37,723 bases of DNA, from IMG/VR virus record IMGVR_UViG_3300006188_000297, positions 1 through 37,723 of that record. One strand, written 5' to 3'. The DNA comes from a virus (lineage: Duplodnaviria; Caudoviricetes). Below the pieces are notes generated by a model, which was not told the origin of the DNA, searched no databases, and saw only the letters and a list, made by a program, of their open reading frames with translations. This document shows, one piece after another, positions 15,218 through 23,253 of this stretch; the first letter of the stretch is position 1, and the number at the start of each line of letters is the position of its first letter. Made by a program: the position numbers and the translations under genes.

Positions 15218-17722
15218 TTATCCCTCGGTGTCGCTGAGCTGGCTGAGCACGCGGGACTTGTTGGCGCGGTCGCGCTTGTCCAGCTCTGCCGCCACGGCGC
15301 GGGCTATGTCCTTGGGGTCCATGCCGGGCGCTGCGTGAATGGTGATGCTGATGGGGCCGCTGGGCGCCGCCATGGGTGCGCCCGCGCCGGCCGCAGTGCC
15401 ACGCCCCAGGGCGCTGCCGCTGGGCGCCATCAGCGGCGCGGGCGCCGTGATGGGCATGGCCTGGGCAGCGGCCAGCGCATCGGTGCCGGCAGCGGCCATG
15501 GGTGCGGCCGTGACGCCGGCCAGGCCCACGGCCGCCGCTGCGGCCAGGCCCTGGCCCTTCTGGATGCCCAGGGCTGCGCCCTCGGACACCCAGCCGCCGT
15601 ACTCCATGAACACGCGCGAGGGGCTGGCAATGCCCAGCGTTTCCTTGAACCACTGGCCCACCGATGTGGCGGCACCCACCACGGTGTCTTTCAAGGCAGA
15701 GAGCTTGGCCGTTACACCACCAATCAGCCCATCAATCATCTGCCCGCCAATGGTTGCGAAGTTCCCTGCCATTTCCCACAGGTTGGCGAATAGCGCCTTC
15801 GCACCGGCTTTGATTTCTTCCCAACGGGTGATGACCAGATATGCCGCAGCAGCCAGGCCAACCAGAGCCAGAATGACGATGCCAATGGGGTTTGCGGCCA
15901 GGGCGGCATTCATGAGCCACTGTGCACCCGCGAATGCTTTGCTTGCCATGGCAGCAGTTCGCATGATGACGGTGCCCGCAACCATGGCCCCAGAGTGCAG
16001 TATCCAGGCTGCACGCACCGCCACGAGAATGCCGCGCATCCCCAGGATGGCGCCCTTGAGCAGAGCGAATCCGTAGCCCGCAGCGATGGCCACCACCTTG
16101 CCCAGCACGAGCGCGGCGACGAACAGAACAATGCCGCGCGTGACACCGGGATAGGCCTGGGTGAGCGCAGACAGGCGCTCCATCCATGGGGCCAACAGGG
16201 TCAGCCCGTCATTGAGCGCCGGCAGCAGCATGTTGCCAATGGAGATGCCCATGGCCGCCGCCTGGTTGCTGGCCAGTTTCAGGCGGTTGGCGGTGGTCGC
16301 TGCGCGCTTTTCGTACTCGGCATTCACGGCGCCGCCGTACTTGCTTTCGTCCGTGACCTTCTCAAAGTTTTCCTTCAAGGTGTCCAGCTGACTGAGCAGG
16401 GGTGCAATGGCCTTGATGGATTCCTTGCCGAAGAGCGTTTGCAGGGCGGCGGCCTGCTGGTATTTCTCCAGCCCGCGCACCTTGTCGAAGACGTTCATCA
16501 TCGTGGCCGTGGCGTCCTGCTGCATGCTCTTGGCCACTTCGGTGGCGTCCAGGCCCAGGGCCTGCAGGCCCTCGCGCTGGCTCTTGGTGGCGCTTTCGCC
16601 GGCCACCAGGGCGAGCATCAGATTCTGGATGCCGGTGGACGCAACCTCTTCCTGCACGCCCATGCCGGCCAGGGTAGAGCCCAGGGCCGCAATGCCCCCG
16701 GCCGCCACGCCGGCCACGCCGCCCAGCGGACCCACGCGCGTGACTATGCCAAGGATCTGCTTTTCATTGGCCGCGCCCGTGTTGCCCAGCAGGTTGATTT
16801 TGTCGGTGAGGGTGGCCACCTCGGGAACGGTCATGCCGAAGGCGGATTTCATCTTTGCCATGGCCTCGCCCGATTCCTCGGCCGTCATGTTGAAGGCCGT
16901 ACCCATCTTCACGGCGTGCTCCACAAAGCCCACCCCGCCCTCGCCACCCAGCAGCTGCTTTTCGTCCAGGCCGGACTGGCCGCCGAGGGCCATGATTTGC
17001 GCGATGTCCTTGGCCGCCATGGGCAGGCGCTTGGACAGGTCAATGGCGCTTTGGGACATGCGCTCCAGGCCGCTTTTGTCCAGGTCCATGACCTTGTCCA
17101 CATCGGCCATGGACGACTCGAAGTCAACGGCCATCTTCAAGGGCGCGGCCAGGGATGCGGCCATGGCGGCGCCGTCAAACAGGGCGCCACGCGCATCGCC
17201 CCGGGCGGCCTTGTTGGCGTCCACGGCCGCGCGGTGCTTGTTGGTCAGCTCCTGCGCCTTGCGTTGGCGCTCCAGGGCCTTGGTGGTGCGGTCGATGGCC
17301 TCGCGCAGCTTGCCTTCTGCCTGGGCCGCATTGGTAATGCCCATTTCAGCCAGGCCGGCGCGCAGGCGTTTGGTCTGGTCAATCTGCCGCTGATAGGTGG
17401 CCGCGAGCTTTTGCGCTGCGTCGCCAGCGGCGCGGTACTGCCCGCCTGCGGCCTTGGCCGCCTCGCCGCCCTTGAGCATTTCCGCCACCAGCGCAGCCTT
17501 GGCCGTGCGCGCGGCCTGCAGTTTGGCCTGCGTTTCGCGCAGGCTGGCCTGCATGGCGTTGGCCTTGCCCACGGCGGCCTGCTGCTGCTGGAGCTTGCGC
17601 AGCACGTCCTGGGTGCTGCTCACATCCGTGTTCAGCGCACGGGCGCCCGCGCCTATGCGCTTGAGCGGGGCCGAAACCCGGTCGGCCAGGTCCAGCAGCA
17701 CCTGCAGCTTGAGCTTATCCAT
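15218..17722 (-). CDS. T: Tail tape measure protein, 834 aa
   Basis: FESSMADVDKV, ANPIG, LGIASPSRVF; Ala-rich helical. Confidence 0.93.
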   Translation of the reverse strand: MDKLKLQVLLDLADRVSAPLKRIGAGARALNTDVSSTQDVLRKLQQQQAAVGKANAMQASLRETQAKLQAARTAKAALVAEMLKGGEAAKAAGGQYRAAGDAAQKLAATYQRQIDQTKRLRAGLAEMGITNAAQAEGKLREAIDRTTKALERQRKAQELTNKHRAAVDANKAARGDARGALFDGAAMAASLAAPLKMAVDFESSMADVDKVMDLDKSGLERMSQSAIDLSKRLPMAAKDIAQIMALGGQSGLDEKQLLGGEGGVGFVEHAVKMGTAFNMTAEESGEAMAKMKSAFGMTVPEVATLTDKINLLGNTGAANEKQILGIVTRVGPLGGVAGVAAGGIAALGSTLAGMGVQEEVASTGIQNLMLALVAGESATKSQREGLQALGLDATEVAKSMQQDATATMMNVFDKVRGLEKYQQAAALQTLFGKESIKAIAPLLSQLDTLKENFEKVTDESKYGGAVNAEYEKRAATTANRLKLASNQAAAMGISIGNMLLPALNDGLTLLAPWMERLSALTQAYPGVTRGIVLFVAALVLGKVVAIAAGYGFALLKGAILGMRGILVAVRAAWILHSGAMVAGTVIMRTAAMASKAFAGAQWLMNAALAANPIGIVILALVGLAAAAYLVITRWEEIKAGAKALFANLWEMAGNFATIGGQMIDGLIGGVTAKLSALKDTVVGAATSVGQWFKETLGIASPSRVFMEYGGWVSEGAALGIQKGQGLAAAAAVGLAGVTAAPMAAAGTDALAAAQAMPITAPAPLMAPSGSALGRGTAAGAGAPMAAPSGPISITIHAAPGMDPKDIARAVAAELDKRDRANKSRVLSQLSDTEG

Positions 17723-17840
17723 GCTTGTTCATCTGTTGATAGCGGTCTGCAGCCAGGGCGCGCCAGTGCATCAGCTCGGCCAGGTCCATGGGGTCCATGT
17801 CGGCGGGCCGCCAGTGGAAGATGGCGGCCACGTCGGCCAT
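17715..17840 (-). CDS. gpE' segment (C-terminal extension of E via -1 frameshift)
   Basis: MADVAAIFHWRPADMDPMDLAELMHWR; frame open back to the slippery site. Confidence 0.85.
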   Translation of the reverse strand: MADVAAIFHWRPADMDPMDLAELMHWRALAADRYQQMNKHG

Positions 17841-17848
17841 GGCGTCCT

Positions 17849-18214
17849 CTACACGCTCAGGGATTCCATAGCCATCGCCTGATTGGCCTTGGCCGTCTCC
17901 AGCTGCTTGGATGGCACCAAAAAATTGACCACCTCCGTAGCGCAGGCCACCAGGTCCACGGGGTCCATGGCCGCCACGTCTTCCCGCGTGAGGGTGGGGG
18001 TGGTGATGCGCGGCAGCAGCAGCATGACGGACTCGGCGCGCAGGGCCAGCAGCTCGGCCAGGTTGATGCCGCGCAGTGCGCCGGCCAGGGGCTTGCGCAG
18101 CGTTACCACGTCGATGACGCCGCTGCCGCGCGGGATCGGTGTTTCCAGCGTGACGTTGACCTGCACGGTCTTGGGGCTGTTGGTGGCGTCGGTGGTCTTG
18201 GCTTGGGTGTCCAT
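17849..18214 (-). CDS. E: Tail assembly chaperone gpE
   Basis: VTLRKPLAGALRGINL...LLPRITTPTL...MDPVDL. Confidence 0.9.
   Translation of the reverse strand: MDTQAKTTDATNSPKTVQVNVTLETPIPRGSGVIDVVTLRKPLAGALRGINLAELLALRAESVMLLLPRITTPTLTREDVAAMDPVDLVACATEVVNFLVPSKQLETAKANQAMAMESLSV
17918..17924 (-). other. Programmed -1 frameshift slippery site TTTTTTG
   Basis: Same heptamer as P2 E/E'; -1 frame continues into E'. Confidence 0.85.
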
Positions 18215-18240
18215 AGGTGCCTCGGTGGTTGGTTGTGATG

Positions 18241-18278
18241 AAAAAAGCGCCGGCCAAGGTAGTGGCCCAGGCCGGCGC
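18241..18278 (-). terminator. Terminator/attenuator hairpin after tail tube gene
   Basis: GCGCCGGCC-14 nt-GGCCGGCGC then TTTTTT on minus strand. Confidence 0.7.
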
Positions 18279-18348
18279 GAAGGGCCGTTTCCCATGCGGC
18301 CGGAGACAGACGAGAGGGGTAAGGAAAACTGTTTGCGGGTGCGGGCCG

Positions 18349-18858
18349 TCAGATGCCCAGGGCGGTGCGGGTCTGGGCCATGCGGTCCTCGCCGTGGACC
18401 TTCTCGACCAGGTTCACGAAGTCGATTTCGAGGATGACTTCGCCGTCGAGCACTTCCTTGTAGTAGCTCAGGCTGTACTTGAAGGTCTGCTCCACCATGT
18501 CGCCAGCCTTGGAGCTGCCCGGGTCGCGCTCGGTCAGGCGGCCACGCATGACGACTTCGACGGCCTGCACGCCCTCGCTGTCATCGGTCTGCAGGGCGCC
18601 GGCAAAGCGCAGCATCACGGCATCGTGTTTGGCGGCGCCCCATTGCTTCATCAGGCCCTTCATGTAGCCGGCCGCCTTGAGTTCGGCTTCCATCTTGTCC
18701 TGGCCCATGTCCAGATCAACGGGGCCATTCATGCCGCCACCCCGGTATTCCTCCATCTTGCGGGTGAGGGTGGGCAGGGTGACTTCGGGCATTTCGCCCA
18801 TGTAGTTCTCGCCGTCGATGAAGGTGGCGAAGTTCTTGAGTTTGCGGGGCAGTCCCAT
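18349..18858 (-). CDS. FII: Tail tube protein FII
   Basis: MGLPRKLKNF...LPTLTRKMEEYRGGGMNGPV. Confidence 0.95.
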   Translation of the reverse strand: MGLPRKLKNFATFIDGENYMGEMPEVTLPTLTRKMEEYRGGGMNGPVDLDMGQDKMEAELKAAGYMKGLMKQWGAAKHDAVMLRFAGALQTDDSEGVQAVEVVMRGRLTERDPGSSKAGDMVEQTFKYSLSYYKEVLDGEVILEIDFVNLVEKVHGEDRMAQTRTALGI

Positions 18859-18894
18859 GGTGTGGATCTCCTGTGTGCTGGAATGCGGCCGCGC

Positions 18895-20091
18895 TTATTG
18901 GCCGGTGCCCACGCGCATGGCGAAGTCGGCGAAATAGCGGTCGGTGATGCGCTGGCGAAAGCCCAGATCCTCCAGCGGCGGCACGGGCGTGTAGTCGTAG
19001 TCGATGACCAGCTTGCCGGCCTTGAGGGCTTCGGTGGTGTTGACCTCGGCGTCAAACCAGGCGCGGCCGTCGAGGATGCAGCCCAGGGCCTTGAGTTCGC
19101 GGAACTTGGCGTTGATGCCTTCGATGATGTCTTTCACCAGGCTGGGGTGCAGGGGCTTGTCGATGAATGCGAAATGGCCTTCTGCCACGGTGTCGGCCAG
19201 CACCTGGGCGGTGCGGGTGGCGGACTCGAAGCGGAACAGTTCGTCCGTGCTGCAGGTGCGCGATCCCCAGAAGCGATAGCCCTGGTAGTTGATCAGCGTG
19301 GTGACGTTGCCCTCATTGAGAATGTTCGCGTCCGTCTCCGAGCTTTGCAGGTCGAAATGCACGTCCTTGCTGATGCCCACCGGGCCATTGAGCGGCACGT
19401 TGGAGAGGGTCTTGTGCCAACCCTGCTCCACGTCGATGCGGGCACGCAGGCCCAGCGCATAGGCCACGGCCGGCACGTTGGTGGCCGCGTTTGTGGTGGT
19501 GCTCCAGGCCTTGAAGTCGGGCCAGATGACCATGGTTTCCCGTGCGCCGAAAGTCTCTGCATAGGCCAGCGCCTCGCTCACATCGTCTGCGCCGTAGCCC
19601 TGCACGTAGGCCATGGCGCGCAGCTTGATGGCGGCGGCCGTGAGCGCATCGGCCACGGGCTTGGAGTCCAGGCCCGGCGCACCCAGGATGCGGGGCTTGA
19701 CGCCCAGCTGCTGCTGCGCGGTGAGCAGGGCCTGAATGCCGGAGCGCTTGCCGCCCACGTTGTCGCCAACGACCAGGCTGGTCTGGTCGGCCTCGGCCTC
19801 TTCTGGCGTGGCACCTGCGCCCAAGGGCACGCGGACGATGACGAGCACGGGGCGGGACTGGTCCTTGATGGCCTTCAAGGCCTCGGGCAAGGTGCCGGTG
19901 GTGCCGGCCGCGTCCAGTGCCTTCTCGATGTTGGTGAAGAGGACAGGCGTATCCAACGGGAATTTGGTGGGGTCGGCCCCGGGGCCGGTGGCCACCAGGC
20001 CGATGACGGCCGTGGAGACGATGCGCAGCGTGGTGGTCCCGGTGTTGACTTCCGAGACGCGCACGCCGTGGTGGTAGCCGGCGAGTGACAT
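18895..20091 (-). CDS. FI: Tail sheath protein FI
   Basis: YHHGVRVSEVN, KPRILGAPGLD, GWHKTLSN, FWGSRT, YDYTPVPPLE. Confidence 0.96.
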   Translation of the reverse strand: MSLAGYHHGVRVSEVNTGTTTLRIVSTAVIGLVATGPGADPTKFPLDTPVLFTNIEKALDAAGTTGTLPEALKAIKDQSRPVLVIVRVPLGAGATPEEAEADQTSLVVGDNVGGKRSGIQALLTAQQQLGVKPRILGAPGLDSKPVADALTAAAIKLRAMAYVQGYGADDVSEALAYAETFGARETMVIWPDFKAWSTTTNAATNVPAVAYALGLRARIDVEQGWHKTLSNVPLNGPVGISKDVHFDLQSSETDANILNEGNVTTLINYQGYRFWGSRTCSTDELFRFESATRTAQVLADTVAEGHFAFIDKPLHPSLVKDIIEGINAKFRELKALGCILDGRAWFDAEVNTTEALKAGKLVIDYDYTPVPPLEDLGFRQRITDRYFADFAMRVGTGQ

Positions 20092-20139
20092 GGTGATGGG
20101 CTCCTGCAGGTGTTCGGTGGGTGTGCGGTGTGTGTCTGC

Positions 20140-20198
20140 ATGTTCCCCCGCCCGCGCGTAGGCGGCCAGCGATAGGGCCGGTGCGAGCCGGTGCTACC
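20140..20198 (-). promoter_or_regulatory. Late promoter pF with putative Ogr site
   Basis: Motif GGCCGGTGCGAGCCGGTGC (plus strand) starting at 20176, 36 nt from putative -10 end (GAACAT, 20140); same spacing at pV and pO. Confidence 0.65.
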
Positions 20199-20207
20199 CC
20201 AAAGACA

Positions 20208-20229
20208 AAGCCCGCCGAGTGGCGGGCTT
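20208..20229 (-). terminator. Terminator ending the baseplate/tail-fibre operon
   Basis: AAGCCCGCC-4 nt-GGCGGGCTT followed by TGTCTTT on minus strand. Confidence 0.75.
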
Positions 20230-20258
20230 GCAGTGGTGGTGCGGGTGGCGCGGCCAGG

Positions 20259-20687
20259 TCAGGCCGGCAGCTCGTCAGGGCGCGGTGGCGTGTCCGTGAT
20301 CTGCAGTGCGCGGCCGTCTGCGATCAGGCCCACGGTTTCCAGCAGCTGCACGCCGGCCGCCACGTCCGGGTCGTCCAAGTCGATGAAGCTGGCCAGCTCC
20401 TGGTCCTTGAGGTTGCTGCGCAGCTGCGCGGCCTGCATGCGCTCCTGCTGGCCCGCATCGGCCCGGTCCACGGCGGCCCATTCGATGGCGGCACGCTCGG
20501 CGGCGGTGAAGCGGCGGCGAAAGGCCAGCGGGGTGATGCGGCGGCGGATCTGCGGCGCGGGCGCTGGCTGCTCCTGCTGCTCGGCCAGGCGCCAGCGGCC
20601 GGGGTACAGGGCCTGGGCGGTGGATTCGTCGGCCAAGATGGTGTTTTCTGCTGCGCCTTGCGCGTTCAGGATTTCGATGATGGGCAT
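20259..20687 (-). CDS. Putative tail fibre assembly/chaperone protein, 142 aa
   Basis: ITPLAFRRRFTAAERAAI...IDLDDPDV...GLI motif typical of genes following fibres; last gene of operon. Confidence 0.6.
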   Translation of the reverse strand: MPIIEILNAQGAAENTILADESTAQALYPGRWRLAEQQEQPAPAPQIRRRITPLAFRRRFTAAERAAIEWAAVDRADAGQQERMQAAQLRSNLKDQELASFIDLDDPDVAAGVQLLETVGLIADGRALQITDTPPRPDELPA

Positions 20688-20689
20688 GG

Positions 20690-21487
20690 TTATACCTTTT
20701 TGAACAGACGCAGATGGCCCAGGCCCGCGCCACCGTATAGCGGCGCCATCCCGGTGGAGTTGACGCTCCCTGCAGAGGCGCCCCTGCCCGGCGCACAGAT
20801 ATAACTGGCGGCGACTGCGCCGTTGCCGCCGCCGAACAGGCCGGAGTTGCCTCCAGGTGGTGCTACATCGCCCGATGCGCCGACTCCCGGCGAGCCCCAG
20901 TCTGTTGTGTTGATCTGGATATCGAACGGCCAGAACGAAAACCCCCGGATGGCGCCCACTCCCATTTGCCCGTGGGTGAGGTCTACAGCGCAGTCCCCCA
21001 CGTTTACCGCTGGGCTGTAGGTGCCACAACCCAGATCCACAGCCGCACCGCAGTAGGCGTTGGCGCCCGGGCTTTGCTGCGGCTGTCGTCCCCACATCCA
21101 GTAATCGGCCCCCGTGACCTGCGCGACCACGGGCGCCCGGTCTGTGGTGCTGTTCAGGCCAGCATCGCCGCCTTGGCAGGTCATGAGGGGGACGCCATTG
21201 TGATAAATCGAGGTTAGGCCCCCGGCATTTGCCGGTGCCACGCCCACGGGCGCGCCCCCGGCACCAATAGCGAAAACTATGTTGTCGCCAGCTTTCACAG
21301 CAAAGGCCCTGACCCCCCAGGGCGCGGAGTTCCCCGGGGCGCGGGCCCTGCACCCGCCCGCACCGCCGCCCATGCCGGCCACCACGGCCATGCCATCGCT
21401 GGGCACATAGATAGTGACCGATGACAGGATCAATCGGGAGTGCACCAACAGCAGGCCTCCAGTGCTTACAAGATCGCTCAGTTTCAT
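20690..21487 (-). CDS. Glycine-rich putative tail fibre/receptor-binding protein, 265 aa
   Basis: GMGGGAGG, AIGAGG, GGNSGLFGGG motifs; position in tail-tip operon. Confidence 0.6.
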   Translation of the reverse strand: MKLSDLVSTGGLLLVHSRLILSSVTIYVPSDGMAVVAGMGGGAGGCRARAPGNSAPWGVRAFAVKAGDNIVFAIGAGGAPVGVAPANAGGLTSIYHNGVPLMTCQGGDAGLNSTTDRAPVVAQVTGADYWMWGRQPQQSPGANAYCGAAVDLGCGTYSPAVNVGDCAVDLTHGQMGVGAIRGFSFWPFDIQINTTDWGSPGVGASGDVAPPGGNSGLFGGGNGAVAASYICAPGRGASAGSVNSTGMAPLYGGAGLGHLRLFKKV

Positions 21488-21490
21488 AGA

Positions 21491-22207
21491 TTACCCAATG
21501 GAAAGGGTCCAGTAGTTGCCCCACGAGTAATGCAGCGTCACGCGCCAGGCGTTGGCGTTGAACAGCACGTCCTCATTGACACCGTTGATGACATGCGCGG
21601 CGTTGCCGCGCCGCAGGGTGAATCGCCCCAGACTCCACAGGCCCCAGGGGTCCAGGAGCACGATGGTGTCGCCAATGGCGGGATTGGCAGGCAGTGGCCG
21701 GCTGTAGACTTCGGCCGCGTACAGCGAATACTCAACGCCGACTTCAAACGGCACGCCGTTGGATGCGGCATTGGAATGGACCTGCATCAGCTGGGCCAGC
21801 CTGCGCACGCCCCACGCGATTTCGGCCATCGTGCTGGCGTTGATGACCGTCTGCAGGTCGATTTTTTTCCCGTCGATCTTGCTGTTCAGCGTACTGGCCT
21901 GCTGTTGCAACTGCAGCTGCAGCTGCTGCACGGCGGTAGCCAGATCCTGGGCGGCCTTTTGCTTTGCACCGTCGATGCCCTGGGCCGTTGCCTGGTCCAG
22001 CGCCTGGAGCGCCGCCTTGCTGGCCTTAGTGTCCACAAGCTGGTCCATGGATTTGCTGGCCGCGTCGATCAGGCGCAGTGCTTCGCGCAGGCGGTCCACG
22101 TCCAGCTCCAATTTGTTCTGGGCATGGGGCAGGGGCAGCTGCAGGTGCTCGGTGTGCTCCAGCACGGGCTGCAGCTCGGTGCCGGCGTCGTCGTGGATGT
22201 CGCTCAT
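21491..22207 (-). CDS. Putative tail fibre adaptor (coiled coil + beta-rich C-terminus), 238 aa
   Basis: LQLPLPHAQNKLELDVDRLREAL, Q-rich coiled coil, LPANPAIGDTIVLLD...INGVNED. Confidence 0.6.
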   Translation of the reverse strand: MSDIHDDAGTELQPVLEHTEHLQLPLPHAQNKLELDVDRLREALRLIDAASKSMDQLVDTKASKAALQALDQATAQGIDGAKQKAAQDLATAVQQLQLQLQQQASTLNSKIDGKKIDLQTVINASTMAEIAWGVRRLAQLMQVHSNAASNGVPFEVGVEYSLYAAEVYSRPLPANPAIGDTIVLLDPWGLWSLGRFTLRRGNAAHVINGVNEDVLFNANAWRVTLHYSWGNYWTLSIG

Positions 22208-22218
22208 GTGCTTCCCCG

Positions 22219-23253
22219 TTACAGCACCACGGCGCGCAGGTTGTCCACCAGGGGGCGGGCGGTGGTGGTGCCCGTCAGCGTCAGGCGTAGTCGCAGGCTT
22301 GCTGCGTTCATGTCCTGCAGGCGGTGGGTCAGCTCAATGGTTCCGGCCGTCTGCGGGCTGCTGGACAGGTAGGGCACCACGGTCCAGGCCTCGCTGCCGG
22401 CCAGCTGCGCATGCACGGCCACGGCGGCGCCGGCCGGGATGGTGCCCTCGAAGATCACGCGCAGCTCGGTGCCGCCTGCCGTGGCAATGACGGGAGAGAT
22501 GTAGGTGCCCGACTGCAGCAGGCTGCCCACGGCCAGGATGGTGGCGGGGGCCAGCACGGCGCCCATGCCGCTGTCGCCCACGCGCATGGTGGCCTTCACG
22601 CGCACGGTGCCGGTGTATGGCTCATCCAGGCGCACGGGCTGGCCGGCGTCGGCCTCGATGACGCGCTGCACGGCGCCACCTGCGCCCAGCAGCTCGATGG
22701 CGTAGGTGATGCGCGCGGTGGGGTCCGGCTGCTCGGCGCCGGCATTGATCAGCAGCAGGGTGGCGTTGGCCACCTCCTGTGCGCCCACCTCCACGGTCTT
22801 GACCTTGAGCGGGTATTGCGCCTCATGCAAATCGAAGCGCAGCACGCGGTTGACGTGGCGCGTGACGATGCCGGAGGCATTGATTTCCAGCAGCTGCCCC
22901 ACTTCGGCCGGCGCGGCCGTGACCCAGCCCGTGCCGTCCTGGCGGGCATCGCCCACCTGGGCCACGGCCAGTGCGGTGTCGGTGTCGGCAGCGGACACGC
23001 ACAGCGCATAGCTGGTGCCCGCCTGCAGCTGGACCAGGGCCGGCCAGGTCACGCGCGTGGCCGTGCCATTAGTCTTGGTCTGCGCGCTTTCCACGCGCTG
23101 CTCGCGCAGGGCCAGGCCCGGCAGGCCGGCATCGTCCAGGGCGGCCAGCACCACAAGGGCCGGGCCGCCGCTGGCCGTGAAGTACAGATCCAGCGCGGCG
23201 CACTGCTGGGCGCGCGCCGGGGTGATGATTTGGGTGATGGTGCTATACGACAT
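22219..23253 (-). CDS. Baseplate/tail-tip structural protein, 344 aa (resembles C-terminal part of DUF4815/VrlC-like proteins)
   Basis: Beta-rich, ends ARPLVDNLRAVVL; overlaps upstream gene by 11 nt. Confidence 0.6.
   Translation of the reverse strand: MSYSTITQIITPARAQQCAALDLYFTASGGPALVVLAALDDAGLPGLALREQRVESAQTKTNGTATRVTWPALVQLQAGTSYALCVSAADTDTALAVAQVGDARQDGTGWVTAAPAEVGQLLEINASGIVTRHVNRVLRFDLHEAQYPLKVKTVEVGAQEVANATLLLINAGAEQPDPTARITYAIELLGAGGAVQRVIEADAGQPVRLDEPYTGTVRVKATMRVGDSGMGAVLAPATILAVGSLLQSGTYISPVIATAGGTELRVIFEGTIPAGAAVAVHAQLAGSEAWTVVPYLSSSPQTAGTIELTHRLQDMNAASLRLRLTLTGTTTARPLVDNLRAVVL

Noticed and set aside
20259-22207. Possible invertible tail-fibre cassette or DGR target
   Set aside because: No inverted fibre copies, no visible crossover repeats, no reverse transcriptase or TR/VR pair in the window
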